Shown: in pieces, positions 21,119 to 35,357 of the stretch | How positions within the stretch are numbered: position 1 is the stretch's first letter | Layout of the letters: each line of letters opens with the position of its first letter | Source: Epiperipatus broadwayi | Taxonomy: Eukaryota > Animalia > Onychophora | NCBI GenBank assembly: GCA_028023455.1 | Contig: JAQFVV010000008.1 | Location: forward strand, 10,044,001 to 10,108,000 | Direction: 5' to 3' | DNA length: 64,000 nucleotides | Made by a program: the position numbers and the translations under genes | Notes under the pieces: model-generated | Told to the model about the DNA's origin: nothing | What the model saw: only the letters and a program-made list of their open reading frames with translations | Database searches by the model: none

Positions 21119-21830
21119 TGCTTATGGTTTTAATCAGTGAATAGATTTTTTTAAAAGTCTAATGCACTTCCCATCTACCAGTCATCTATTATGTTTTTTT
21201 TTTTTATATTATCGAGTTGCCAGTTTAAATTCTGTAATATCTTAATATTTTGAATCCAAAACAATTTCTTACAAATTCTGACTCCAGTTCAGTATTTATA
21301 TATTTTAATGTTCTCAGTTTGTTAATAATTATAAATAATATTTATTTTACAAAGCAAAGACGGTATTGAAATTAAACTAAGAGAGTGCAAACCTCTCATG
21401 TGCTTAGCCAATCAGATCACAAATACTGAGAATTTAATAAGAAAAGAGTGGTTTGTAAAATAAATATTATTTACATATATTGCTGCAAGTTATAACATCT
21501 AAAAACTACTGCATAATAAATCGAAAGATTTCACACTGTATGTTTATAATTAGAACTCAGTGAGTTAAGTGTGAAGATATAGAAAGACAAGTAAAGAAGA
21601 GAATGGAACCACTCTTCTTGTTAAATTCTCTGTCTCAGTATTTGTGATCTGATTGGCTAAGCACTTGATAGGTTTGCACTCTCTCAGTTTAATTTTAATA
21701 ATTATAAATATCTTTAAGAAACTAATCTGGAGATATAGATGGGATAGTTCTAGATAGGGATTTCATAAATACTATTATATAACATCTATTGATTCCTCAA
21801 GCTCCAACACATGGCAGAATTGGAGTAGTA
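21119..21830. mobile_element. Old divergent family B relic (minus about 21119-21360; plus 21718-21830) with a MITE in the middle
   Basis: GAAACTAATCTGGAGATATAGATGG...CTAGATAGGGATTT...CATCTATTGATT (21718-21795) matches family B from the GAAA onward. 21119-21190 resembles 16120-16180, and CCAGTTCAGTATTTATATATTTT (about 21285) matches about 16366. Confidence 0.5.
21364..21700. mobile_element. MITE-like element with about 90 bp TIRs
   Basis: 21364-21453 (…GAGAGTGCAAACCT…GCTTAGCCAATCAGATCACAAATACTGAGA…) is the reverse complement of 21607-21700; spacer about 150 bp. Confidence 0.75.
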
Positions 21831-22018
21831 TTAATAAGAATTTGTTCTTGAATAGCATATCTATGTTGCAATAAAACAAGGTGGGAGATTAAATAATAAT
21901 TTGTATTCTATATGGTAAACCAAATTAGGTAATTTTTCAGGCCACACAGTTGAAAACAAAAAAAATATTGTAAATGAATGTATATGAGATTAAAAAATGA
22001 TAATGAAGTCAAACAATG

Positions 22019-22041
22019 ATATATATATATATATATATATA

Positions 22042-22073
<32 letters not shown>
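22019..22073. repeat. (TA)n microsatellite, interrupted once
   Basis: Direct reading. Confidence 0.95.
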
Positions 22074-22079
<6 letters not shown>

Positions 22080-23210
22080 GGTACTTTTACATCTCTGTAA
22101 AGGGAACAAGTGAATGAAGCAACATATAATTATTTAATACATTCAGACCTTAATATAGTCTTAATGAATAAAAGAGTGTATTAAATGTTTGTCTAACTTT
22201 CTGGGCTAGCAAAAATAACAATAATTGATACAATAAAGACTCTTATCTACTAAACAAGTTTGAATTGCAAGGGATTTTAATAAATCCAAACCATATTTTG
22301 AAGAAATATAAAATATTCAAATATTCTTTATCATATTAATAACACATATGACTATTTAATTTTCAGGGATTCCCTTACAGAAATTTGTTACCAATTACAA
22401 TCTATAAATATGCATACAAAATCCATAAAAATGTATGAATGTTTGTCAATAAGGCTGTCACTTGTCACATTCACAACCAATTAAAAAAACTATTACTTTT
22501 GGCCATAATGTTATGAATGATAAAAAAAAACAATATCAACAACAACTTAAAGTTTGTTTTTATAAATAAATAACTATACCTAACCAAATCATAATTTATA
22601 TTTGAGCATTTTATGCAAAGGAAGTAATTCTATTTTATATTTAATAATCTGTAGTTTTTATAACAAAGCATATTTTATGTGAAATAAATGTAATTTTTTA
22701 TTATGAAGAATTGTCCATAACACTATCAAATTCACATATCAAATATAACAGGTATATTTAAAATTTAAATTTATCTTTATTAATAAAGCGAAATGTATTA
22801 ATACCTTGCTGGGTACATTTCTGAAGTGTAACAAACAGGTTGGGTTGTTACAAACATTTTTTTAAAAAAATTTTCAATTGTGATTTTCTCACATTTATTT
22901 ATATAATATTAAAATATTTTGTTTAGTTTACATTAAATCTTAAAAAAAATTATTAAAGCAACCAATTAAAAAAACTACTACAAAAATGAAGGCTTTTCAG
23001 GCCAGGTACAAAATCTACATTTATTTATATAATATTAAAATCTTTAAAATAATTTGTTAAAGCAACCAATTTAAAAAAAATGATGGCCTTTTCATAGGCC
23101 AGGTACATATGATAAATATATAATATGCAAATATAGATGGCTAGTGATAATGGAGATAATTCACGAGTGACTAAAAAAAAAAAATGAAATTGCAAAATGA
23201 AATTCACTTA

Positions 23211-23336
<126 letters not shown>

Positions 23337-24829
23337 AATAAGACAAATATTATTCAAATAAATAAGTATTTTATTGAACAGTATATTATTTAGTTGGCAG
23401 ATAATAAAGTATAGTGTTTAATAAACTATTTCTAGAGTTGTATTAACATATGTTGTAAACAATTCATGGAAAACAAACTAGATTATATATCAGTATAATC
23501 TTAGTAAAATTAATATATTTTGTTAAATAACTTTAGATAGAATGCTTGATTCACTCACCACTTTATAAAACTATGTTTATCTTTCGCAATTATATGAATA
23601 CATTTTTATTACAAATATCTTTAAAATATTTACCAAACCAATTATTTCCACAGATTATATATATGATGAGACAAGTAGGCATACTTTTGATTAAATGAAA
23701 TAATAATGAGAATAGTGGTTCCCAATAGATACTGTTAACAGTTTACACATCTTCTTTTGGACACAAAATATATATATGAATACTGAATAATATACATACA
23801 ATCAACATAAATATTTAAATAAAATATTTGTAAAGTATGTCAACTAAGTGTAGTATTTATTAATGATTAAAAAAAAAGTACAGTATATTTGTATTTATAT
23901 TTATAAACAAACATAAAAAAAAATTATAGTTCAATATTCTTTTAATCTTCTGCTGATCCTATGATGTTCCATTATATATATATCAAATATGAGTGTCCAA
24001 TTTTAGAATTATAAACTTTGATGACTACTTTTAAATTTAAGATTATATTTCTTATTTGCATTTAGCATGCTTTTCCATGAATTACTGTTGTATATTAGTA
24101 ATGTAATTGCTTATTCCTTTAAGCGATTTTATGAATTTATATTTCATTAATTTATTAAATTTTTTTTTTACCACTATGAGACAAATTTTAATTTGATGTT
24201 ACTGTATTTAGATTTTGGCACAAAAAGACTGGGTACTATGACAGGGCAGAAGTTTTATTTTTCACCCCATCTTGTTCATCATGGTTCAAAGTAAATTGTA
24301 AGCTTATCCTGTAGATTTATATTACTAAATTGTTAGTATATATTAAATAAAATTTGGAATTCTTGTTCTTTTTCTTTCTTTTTGAAAAGAGATATTCTAT
24401 ATTATCCAGTTTCCTTGTCATGCTGTCATAGTATTTAACCTCTTTCGGATCAAGCCCATATGCTCATTCATTCTTTTAATTTCTTTTCTAACAAATCAAT
24501 CTTTTTTGTTATTAAAGTGTCTTTACAAGAATATACATAATTTTATAAGTTGGTATACAAAAATGTATTCATGTTACATAAAAAAAATGATAACATTCAT
24601 TCTTACTCCTTTGTTTTGCAGAGAATAATTAATATTTAAATATAACTTTAAACAAATTAAATATTTTAATCAGAATATACTTTTTCTATTCAATATCATT
24701 CAATTATGCCAACCCATAATTCCATATATATATATCATTGTTAGGATAACACAATCAATATTAAATTTTTAAAAAATCACAAGATTTGAACTCAAATTCT
24801 ACTGTTGATATATATATATGTAAGATGGA

Positions 24830-24955
24830 TGGATAAAATAAGAAATTGTGCTGGGGTGATGTGGAGAAGAGAGGCTAGAGATTGGAGAAGATGGATTGAA
24901 CTTGGAAAGACCATCCTACAGTTGTTCAATAAGATTGAAAATGATGATGATTGTG
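24830..24955 (+). mobile_element. 3' terminus of an RTE-type LINE
   Basis: TGGAGAAGAGAGGCTAGAGATTGGAGAAGATGG encodes WRREARDWRRW (RTE C-terminal AxDRxxW block), followed by a GATGATGAT tail. Confidence 0.5.
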
Positions 24956-25188
24956 TATATATATAATATAAATAGCTGCAAGTTGGTGATCATATTTATA
25001 AAACTAACTAATCAAAACCAGGAGTAATTTTTCTTTAATGATAATCAAGTAATAAATAAATAAATTTAATGCCTATTTATAATTTCACCAAACCTATATA
25101 TGATTTATTATGATAAAATCTTCCAGTTATTCACATATTTTAAATTCTGCTCTCATCTGAGAAATCAGCCTGAAATATTTGGAAAGTT

Positions 25189-25291
25189 GTCAAGCATTGG
25201 TGGTCGAGAGGTCAGTGACAGCTGCTTTACAAGCAGTTGTCCCGGGTTAGTGGGTTCACTTCCCGGCTGATGCTATGACACATGAGAAAAA
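25189..25291 (+). mobile_element. tRNA-Gly-derived short SINE / retro-tRNA pseudogene with 16-bp TSD
   Basis: tRNA-like body 25194-25273 (GCATTGGTGG…CAAGCAGTTG…CCCGGCTGATGC), A-rich tail, perfect direct repeat AAATATTTGGAAAGTT at 25173-25188 and 25292-25307. Confidence 0.85.
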
Positions 25292-25802
25292 AAATATTTG
25301 GAAAGTTAAGTCAATAACTTGCTTGATTGAATAATGTTTTGCTTGATTAAATAATGTTAAAAACTAAGAATTTGATTTTTCAGTTCAAATTCTTATAAAA
25401 CATAACATTCATTCATTTGTATAATGTAAGACATCTAAAAGAAACCTGAATGGTCTTATTTTAATAGGAATATCATAATAGCATTCTACTCTTTCATGTA
25501 TATTTATCTTTACACCTTAGTCTTAATCTTTGAGCATAGGTCCTATATACATATTACATATGTACAAAAAAAGAATATGTGACAAAGAGAAAAGGGATCA
25601 AATAGATTCAAAAATTAGTTTAAATAGTGATATTTTTTAAATATTTAATTAAAATAAATGAATGGTTTAAAATATGGAAGCTAGTCTAATCAATATACTT
25701 TCAAGAATATTATTTCACACTTCTTATTAAAATCTATTTTTCTCACTGAATGGTTGTAATAAATTTATATAGCAAAATTGACTAGCACATAACATAGATC
25801 TA

Positions 25803-25894
25803 TTAAAATCACACACCTAAAATATATATATATTTAAAAATAGATGTTTTAAAATCACACACCTAAAATATATATATATTTAAAAATCAATGTT
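25803..25894. repeat. About 46-bp tandem duplication
   Basis: TTAAAATCACACACCTAAAATATATATATATTTAAAAAT… occurs twice in tandem. Confidence 0.85.
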
Positions 25895-27733
25895 TCAATA
25901 TAAAATGATTTCATTTAGCTATAAATTACTTAAAAACAGCCTGGATCTTTTCATGAATGCCACAAGTATATAGATAATTTACTTTTTAGAAAAAAATTAT
26001 ATTCTACAATGTATTTTTTTTAGTGATGGAGGAAAATCAGTAAGATATCAAATATCTCCTTACCAAAACCAAAAATAAATTGACAACAGGATCTATTTCC
26101 ATAATGGAAACTTTGTGAATCAAATGAATATAAGACAACTATAGATCAAAGTATTGCAAATATGTGGAATTTGATATTCATATCTAACACTAAAGATAGC
26201 AGAACATTCATAGTATAAGTTCATGCTTTGTAGGTATTTATACAATCATTAATTAAATGTTTCAGTAGATTAGAACATTAATATAAACTATGTCCAACAA
26301 CAGTATAAACTGATAATTTTTAGAATTTTTTAAAAGTGATATTTGCCTGCTTTAGGACTGTATTCTTATGATACTCATAATCCTGTTTATAGTTTGAATT
26401 TTATAAATTGCCATCTTTGAATAAGACAATATATACTCTTGTTTTGATTTCAACATCAAATCATTTTCTATTATACTTGAAAACTTTGAAAATATTATTT
26501 TTTGAAGTATTTCTTTACATATGAATTTTTTATGATCAAAAATAGTTTTTAAAAAATATTCTCATGTTCAGTCCAATAATAGGAATCACAAAAAGATAAA
26601 TAAATAAAAATTAGTTAAGAAATAAGATAGAACTCTCACTTTAAGAGAATATTTTATAACATAGTGATAAATGCTTTGATCTGCAATGACCACAACAAAG
26701 AATTTGAATCTGTCCATTTTTAGCAAAAAAACTTTCTATAACCAATCTTGATAGCTATCAAATGGTAGTTGTTATATAGATATTTAGCTAATATTAACTA
26801 GAGAGAAAAGGATTCACAGTAATCTGGGTTGGTCATAGTGTCAATAAAATAACTATTAAAATAAAATAAAAAATGTTTAGATATGAGAAATTTTCATTGC
26901 TGGTGGGAAAAATATCACATTCGTATGAACTCTATGCCCCATTTAATGCATTATATACTCCAAAACAAAAGTTTAAAAAGGTGAGTTTAATATATGAAAT
27001 ACTGTATGATCCTATTGTTCAAGATTTTGGCAAAGTATTTCAATATTAGTATTATCAATATTTTTGGAGTGATACTTTAAGTTTACTAATCATACCCAAA
27101 ATATCTGAAATCAGTCTTAAAATATATTGCCAAACTTAAAACTTGAACATTTTTTCCTGAGAACCAGCATTTTAAAATATATTACAAAAAGCATTTGAAC
27201 ATGGAGTTACATAAAGAAAAAAATAGCTTTACTGCAGACAAAAGAAAAAATAAATAAAAAGGAAGATATCTGAAGATATAGTAAAGGAATTCACAATGAA
27301 TTAATCAGTTGGAGACCTAAAAAATGTAAGTAATTATGAAATCACAAAAATGGATCAGTCAGATACCTAGAAAAGTTTTAGTGAAACAATGAGATATTGA
27401 ACCAGCAAAGAATTATGAAAAATCAACCACTTACAGAGATGACAAAATATTGTGGGCTCATAATAAAAGAATCAATCAGAATAGATATTTAATAATTCAA
27501 TATTTTTTTTAAAATTGTGAATTGTACTATATTTTCATCAAATGACGAAATTTTCATTGATTTTCTAATATTTAACTCTGGAATATTTTTAAAAAGAAAT
27601 AATTTGAAAGTGCATTTCTAATTTAATTGAAAAATATTACTTTGAAAATCTAGTGACTTGAAATATGTATATCAAATTAACATTAAGAGCAAAAATAAAG
27701 CATTAAAATAAATAGCTTGAAGTGTTAGTGGTC

Positions 27734-27793
27734 GCGCGAAACTCAATTGCCTAGTTATCTCAATCAATCTTCAGGCAGAGAACAATTCACGTG
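27734..27793. promoter_or_regulatory. Isolated CpG cluster with E2F-like site and E-box
   Basis: GCGCGAAA (27734-27741, equals TTTCGCGC) and CACGTG (27788-27793) in CpG-depleted surroundings. Confidence 0.3.
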
Positions 27794-28685
27794 TATACCT
27801 TGTAACTTTCTAGAGACTTTCTCACATTTAATCCTTTTTAAAAAAAAACAAACAAACTGCATATGCTTTTGTAGTTATATGCAAGAAAAACTTCACAAAA
27901 ATTAAAATTGGAGAGGGAAAGAAAACTTGTTTATGCTCAACAATGTCTGAAAGCTAAATAAATAATTTAGTCATTTCATCACTTAAAAATTAATTATGCT
28001 AAAAATATTGATTTTCTGATATAACTAAAAAATTCGTAGACATTCTGTAGGATGTATAAATAATTCTCTAATAAATTTTATACAAAAGTTGGAATTTAAA
28101 AATTGAGTTTTCACATTTACATTTAATTTATTTTTGATAATGAATAGCCATTTCTAAAACCTTTAACATGATCCTTCCCATAGGTACTCATGATTAACTT
28201 TTTTAAGTCTATTGCTGAAAATATATTGAATATATAAACAAAATTAAGGGTGATCTTTTAAAATAAAAAATCTCAAAATTAAATATTTTTTAATATTGAA
28301 AATATAATCAACATTAGTGTAATAAATTATAAAATGCATAATAAAAATAACATATAGATTATTTAATGTATTAGGATGAAATGAATATGTAACATGATTA
28401 AATAGGTTATTACACATAAAGTAGAGTGATTTATATCATTATACATTACAACAAGCCATTATGTAGAATGATATATTAGTCATTTAGCCCATAATATAGA
28501 TATAAAAAAATTGGAATAAAATAAAGGAAAAATTGCAGTGCTTGCATTGAAATAGCATAATGCCTATCATTTACTTCAAGACTTGTTTGTTTGCTATGTG
28601 GTCAGAAATTATAGAACATTAAAAATAGTATTCAGAAAAGATTTTTTTATATGGTGAAAAACCTTAAATTCACTGAGAGACTATG

Positions 28686-31600
28686 CGTCATATCTCACGT
28701 TGCCTTCAAATAATGGACTAGTGCAGATTCCTTTCTTATTGTGATTGGATTGAGTATTCATTGCCACTAACCAATATATATATATAATTCATAGACAAAG
28801 ACAAGAACAGTTCAATAAGCAATGATGCTCACTGAATCTGAATATTTTCATGAAGGTTTAGGATCGGACAATAAACAGACAGCTTTTTGAAAGTAAAGCC
28901 AGAGAACAATGGTTAAACATGAATAATAGTAGTCTGGTTCTTCTTATACAGTCAAAGGAAACTCCTGCTAACATGAACAGCAGTGACCATTCTCCAGATT
29001 ATGGCTATTTAAGCTAATAGATAACACAGCAAAGTAAGTCCATGTTTAGAACAGAAAGCTGTTAGAATCAAAGCTGACTCAAGGGAAGCTGTCATTACAT
29101 CCAGAAGAATAATCATATTTACTCATGAGGCAGACTGTCAAGTATAATGGAAGTGGGTAGAAATCAGTTCATCCTAGAACTGAGAACTATACCTTGTGAA
29201 CAGTATCAGGCAGAGTGTATCCATCTATAAATACCAATTGCAAATTGAGTATATGTTTGTATCTAAATATTATTAATAAATATATTATAAAACTTATGTA
29301 TACTCATTTGTGTTTATATGTATAATCATGACTAAACACAACAGACTTGGCACAGTCAACAGGATAAAAATTATTTTACCCCACAACAAAATCTTGCCCC
29401 TGTGGGTCATTAGATTTTGTCATTATTCAGAAGAAATTGGGCTGCAATATTATTGATATATCAATAAAACTTTGTAAAATCAAATGAGAGTGATTAATTT
29501 TAGTAATAAAGGCAGAAACTCCTCCCAGTAGGTTGTTAGATTTTATCTTTATCAGAAACTGACATGCAAACAGTAGCCCATCAAATAAACATTAAAAGAT
29601 CATTTCAAGCAATGACTCACATAAATAAAAGTAATTTTTTCTCTAGTGACATTAAAATGGGAAAAAATAAAAAGGGTTAACATTGGACCAATGGAAGCTT
29701 TTGATCCAGCCTATCCAGAGAATTGACCAAACTATAAAGACTGAATAATCTTTTATTTACAGGCTAATCAAATCAAAAGACCTAAATTAAAATTAGCCAT
29801 TTTTATGTTAATAATTGGATGCCAGGTTTACAAGGTCTTTAAATCACAAAAAATGTCAGAGATACTGGCTGACATAGATTCTGGCAAGTTATTGTCTCTA
29901 TTAACCAACTTTTTCAATCCAAAACATCTAATGATAATGCAGGGATTTTGTTTCAATCTTTGTGTACAAAAAAAAAGAAGAAAAAGCTATAAATTTTGCT
30001 GTTAGAATACATTCATTAGCATTAAAATGTGATTTTAAAGACCTCCTTAATGAAGTTCTATGAGATTGTTTTATTTGCAGGATGAATAATCATAATTTTA
30101 GAGTCAAGCTCTTAATGGATCCTGACATAACCATTGAATCCACTTTGTCTCAAGCAATACTAGCAGAATCAACAACTAGTCAAGCAAAGCTATTGAAAAA
30201 AACTATAATATTTCAAAATATTGAGCAGAACACTGGTTCAATCAATCACCCAACAAACCACTCAAAGAAATCAACAATGAGTGAAAAGTGTTGTTACAGA
30301 TGTAATGAACTGACACATGCCCACACATCCACATTGTGATATAGTGTGCACTTATTGCAAGCATATTGTCACACAAAAATGCTTTCTTTAAAAGAAAACA
30401 ATAAGTAGCTAATGACACAATTGAAAATTCATTTTAAAAGGCAAAAAAGGCAATTTAAAGTCAAAAAAACAACAAATTGCCTGCATAAACAATGTGAGAA
30501 ATGATGACTATTTTCAAACATAGAATCCTTATTAATGATGTGCCAGTCACAATGTACCTAGATATATGGTCTGCAGTGTCTATAGTATCAAACAAGGTCA
30601 TTAATAAGAATAATAAACTTTGGCTGTATCCTAGCAGCAAAAAAACCATTAATTACCAAGGTAATTTAGTATCACTCTTGGGTCAGGCAAGAGTGAAAGT
30701 TACAATGACCAATAAAAATAGATATTGTCTCTTGATATATGTGCTGTTAAGCAGAGCAATTTATTAGGATGTGATTGGTTCACTCAGGTTTTATAGTGAC
30801 TAAACTGAATCAGTTCCCAACAATAAATTCAAACAGGGTCTGCCCAGAAGTAATTAATAGTCTAGAATGATCCCTAAAATAATGCTCAAGACTAAACTGC
30901 AAAAAATCAGATAGGTTCTCACATCCTCTGCCACATGTTTAAAGAAACTACTGAATAAGTTATAGCAATCATAATCAAAGTCAAAAGATCATAAACAGTG
31001 GTGCTTGAAACTTCTGATGAACAACAACCTTATTATCACAGAAAGCATCATATATGACTAAAGTTGCAAGCCAACAGTGATGTGTCATCAACCAGTTGTC
31101 AAACCTACAGTTCCAAGACCAGCTTTCAGCAAAACCTCATCAGATGAAACAGTCACAATCTACCAGTGATGGATTACCAGACAGGAGTAATGAATTTTTA
31201 ATTCCAAAAAACCAAATGATGACAACAGTGAGCTTACTGAAAACATTACCAAATCAGAAGAGGCAACAAAGCAGAGAAGACATCTTCCAGTGCACCAGCA
31301 TGACTTCATTCTTCGGGGCTAATTTTAACTAGGGGAAGGGAATGTCATATCTCACTTTGTCTTCAAACAATGAACTGGTCCAGATTCTTTTCTTATCATG
31401 ATCAGATTGAACCTTCATTGCCACTAACCAATGTGTATATAAAGGAATAACACAAAGTCAATGGCAAGAACAGGTCAGTAGGCAATGATGAACCCTGAAT
31501 CCAAATGTTTCCATGATGGTTGAGAATCTGGCAATAAATAGTTAACTTTTTTGAAGATAAGGACAGAGAACAACTGTTAAAGCTGAATAACAGTAACCTG

Positions 31601-31763
31601 ATTCTCCCTATATGTAAGAAAACTCTTGCTAACCTGAACCATTAGTGATTATTCTCCAGACACAGTGAAACAAGTTCACATTTAGGATTGGAAGCTGCTA
31701 GTACTAAAGCTGACTCGAGGCAAGCTGTTATTACAGCTGGAAGAATCACCATACCTACTCATG
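28686..31763 (+). mobile_element. Ty3/Gypsy LTR retrotransposon, internally deleted (gag and protease relic, integrase tail; RT/RNase H missing)
   Basis: 5' LTR about 28686-29343 ending ACAACA; PBS 29348-29365; gag relic with CYRC zinc-knuckle remnant (ORF 30082-30339); protease relic VPVTMYLDIWSAVSIV (ORF 30501-30767); PPT AGGGGAAGGGAA 31331-31342; 3' LTR starts TGTCATATCTCAC at 31343 and is truncated near 31763. Confidence 0.9.
29348..29365 (+). other. Primer-binding site, probably tRNA-Ser
   Basis: TGGCACAGTCAACAGGAT lies 4 nt after the LTR. It matches 15/18 with TGGCGCAGTCGGCAGGAT (complement of a metazoan tRNA-Ser 3' end, recalled from memory); two of the three differences are CpG decay. 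Confidence 0.6.
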
Positions 31764-31829
31764 AACACTGTAGCTCAGAAATGTTGATTTCTTGTAATAA
31801 TGTGGTACAAAATTATTTCCTTAGATAAA

Positions 31830-34620
31830 GTCTGAATAAGCTTAGACTCTTTACCTAACATAATAGATTCATTTATTTCTTAATGTCTATTGAAAAATCA
31901 TTCTCCTAGCATTTTTCTTCTACTTCATTTTAATAAAAGCTATTAATAATTTCATTACAATATTCCCTATTTCTAATCATAAACACCTTAAAAAACGTTC
32001 ACTTTTTCATTTCTTTTATATCTATTTCAATCTCCATATAATTTTTCTCTTTATTCTTCTAAACTTCAAAAATAAATGTTCAATATTTTATTCCACATTC
32101 ATTTATATGAATTCAATTCATAGTCTTTCATTTTTGATTTCTTTTATTGATATCCACAATTGTCACATTTGCATCAAATAACAGTAAGCTTTCTCTAATA
32201 CTTCCATTTTTTCAGACTTTATATATATATAAATAAATTATTTTTCTATTACTTTTATATATTGTAAAACACTTTTTATCTAAGATGTTGTTCTCCCATA
32301 TAATCTGATTAAACATCATTTTTAATAATCTATTTTTATTCATATATTGAAATCTTACAAACATTTTAAATTTGTTTTATTTCCATTATTTAAAAAAAAA
32401 AATCACTCCTTTTTTTAAAAAATATATTTTTTTACTAATCTCATTTGCTGTCCATAATCCATAACATAATACATATTTATCTACTTTAGTTTTAATTCTA
32501 TCTAAAAATTTTGAGTCTTCTGAGCAATACAAAGGGTTCCATTTTCAAATATTAAACTAGGTTCTATAATGATTTATTATATATGTATATTCCACCTTTA
32601 TTGTTAAAAGGAGGTTGCCTTGACAACAGTTTGAGATTGTTATCAATATTGGGATTGTCTAAGTGTTGACTGTTTTCTAATGGCTATATATATATATATA
32701 AACAAATTAGATTTTAAATTTATTTCATTCTTCTTTCATTTTTCAGTTTTATTCCTCCTATTATTATCTTTGATTTATTTTTTCTTGTGGAATCTAATTT
32801 TTCTACCTTTGTAAATATCTCTAACAATAGCTTTCTATCTTTTACATTATTTGCAAAAAAAAAAGCTTTATCACCATAAAAAAAAAAACAATCATATTAC
32901 ATATTCTCCTGGCTTTTATTGTAAGAATTCTGATCATATTCCTAATCTTTTTATTTCAATTTACAATTCTCTTAGATACAAAGAAAAACAAAGAAGTCAT
33001 CTCCACTTTAACAGAATTACTCATTAATATTAACCTTTGATTAATTTTATATTTCCCAATTACACTTTTTAAAATTTTTTCACAAATTATTTCTGTCCAT
33101 CCTGTTTTTTTTCTAAATATCTAGCAATGCAATACGTGAAGGTTTATTTTTCTTTATAAAAGATTTCAATCATCTGAATTACTTAAATTATTACCTTTTC
33201 CTTTCCCTGAATTCCCATTAAGATTTTATACACTTCCAAGTCTTGACCTTATCCATTAATATATATGTAAATAATTTTACTTTCATTTATATACTGATTT
33301 AATTTTTACAGTTTCCATTCATCTGAAATTTCATTAACACTTTTTTAAAGCAATTTTTGCATGCTTTCCTATGTCATTGTCCTCTTGCTTTTTTTTAAAA
33401 AAAATCTATCTATTGCATGAATCCATTACTCTAGCCATATATCTTTTTATGAATTTAAGCTAATTAATTGGAATCACTTATTAATTCCCTATCGCCCAAT
33501 GTTTTTATTACAATTTTAATATATTTTTTAGTTCTTTTAAATTCTCAAATCCTTTCTTTCTGCATTTAATAAGCTTTTTATTTATTTCTCTTTATCGTGT
33601 ATCTTCAAATTTTTCCTAAACTATTAGTCTTCTCTGTTAATTAAGTTCACCCACTATTTTAAATTATATTCTTTAAAAACTAGCTGTTTCATCTAAAATT
33701 TATATCCACTTCTTTTAGTTGCTTCTTAATAACATTTTTGTATTCTTTAGTTTTCCTTCTTTTGCATTTTCTAAAGTATCCATCTTCCATTTTTTTATTG
33801 TTAGTCCTATTAGCTTTCATTAACTACTCATTTACATTTTCCCTCCACTAATATGTTCACTCTTTGTGAGTTTTAAAATTATTATCCTTCACAATTCTTT
33901 TCACTACATTGTTATACTGATTCAATTTAGACTTTATACATTTTTTTCCAACAATTACTGTAAATCTTTTTTGTAAAATTCTGTGTTTTATCAATTTAAA
34001 ATTATAATCGATATTATTATACCCTTTTTCTTTTTCCCCAACAATTTAATTTTACTTATATATAATTCTACTTTGCCTACTATCACATAATCAATAGTGT
34101 AATTAAATTCTGTCTTGATCATAAAAACTCTCATCATTACATATATTACTCAGATTTTCAATTTTGATTCTTTCTCATATATTCTTTTCCACAAAGCCTC
34201 ATTCACATTTCCCATAACTATCAGCTTTATTCATCTATAATCAATATTTTATCATTATTTTTTCTATAATCATTTATATACCTAAACAAACACTTCAAAT
34301 GTCAACTCATTTCTACTCTTTCTCATCATTTTTACTTTCAGTAATTGCCATATATCAATTTTTCTTTAACCAATTTGATTCTGATTCACATATATTCTTT
34401 ATGATCTTTTAAATAAAATAGCTTTCATAATAATAATATTTTGCACCTCCTCCTTTTTTATCATCATCCACATTTATTTATCTTCTTGTATTCATATTTC
34501 AGAAGATGTATTCTTCATTCTTAAATATGCTTTTACAACATCTATTAAATTTTTTTTTTCTGATAAAAATCTCCATTTCACTTCACTTGCTCGTAATTCT
34601 ATCTTCTTGCATATAATGGT
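31830..34620 (-). mobile_element. Degenerate RTE-type LINE (EN + RT)
   Basis: Minus-strand LIVMGNVN (about 34200-34225), IDYVIV (about 34078-34096), a KGKG/NYRG-like block near 33150-33200 and an FADD-like LYCSED near 32515-32535. Confidence 0.7.
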
Positions 34621-35357
34621 AACATATAGAAAAAAGACCAATAATGTTCAGACAGATATTGGGAGATGTTAAAGATAATTCTCATATTTTTCAAACAATA
34701 TTTGATTATATGGAATGTATAAATTAGAGCAATATTGTGCTACAGTTGTTTCAAAATAAATTTGCATCTAAATATGGTCTTTCAAAATATTCAAATGATC
34801 TATGGGCATTATAAGGGCAAGAGAATATTATTATGTGATTTCCAATTATTTTAGTTTTGCCATTATGTTTTATAGAAGGAATAAGATAGTTGCTGATCGG
34901 ATATAAACTCTTCTAATGTTTGAAAAATGATAATTCATCCAATCATATTACACGATGCTTAGGTTTACTATATCTTTCATATTTTAACTTTTGTTATACA
35001 TATGTCATAAATGTTTTCCTTTTGAGAATTATAATAGCTGTTTGTTAAACTTTTGTGTTCAGATTTATGTTATTTTCATTAAGCATTGTGTTCTAGCAGT
35101 TGATTCTAGAATAACTTCATTTATTCAGTCAGATGCATTATTTTTTTTACAGTAATTTGCATAAACTTCTTAGAGATATTTCATACTATCTTCCTAGGAC
35201 TGTTTTTATCTTTTAAAAAAGTTTCAATAATAGGTATTTTAATTTCCAATACATTATAATATAATAATTGTTTCAAATATTATGTCTATTCTGCATATAT
35301 ATGACATTTTAATAAAGACGCTAAGAATATTTATGATAACATCATAAATATACTTAC

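Noticed and set aside
24200-24560. Minus-strand frame ISLQFTLNHDEQDG as a host exon or pogo/Penelope relic
   Set aside because: It stops after about 23 codons, and the motif resemblance is equally weak to several families, so it cannot be assigned.
25194-25273. Functional tRNA-Val(TAC) or anticodon-switched tRNA
   Set aside because: The body is tRNA-Gly-derived with a broken D arm, a duplicated T-arm segment, no A58, a poly-A tail and a TSD: a retroposed copy.
26000-27500. Possible LINE RT relic (also 47480-48500)
   Set aside because: Hints of KAFD/FLG-like segments only; too decayed to support a call by eye.
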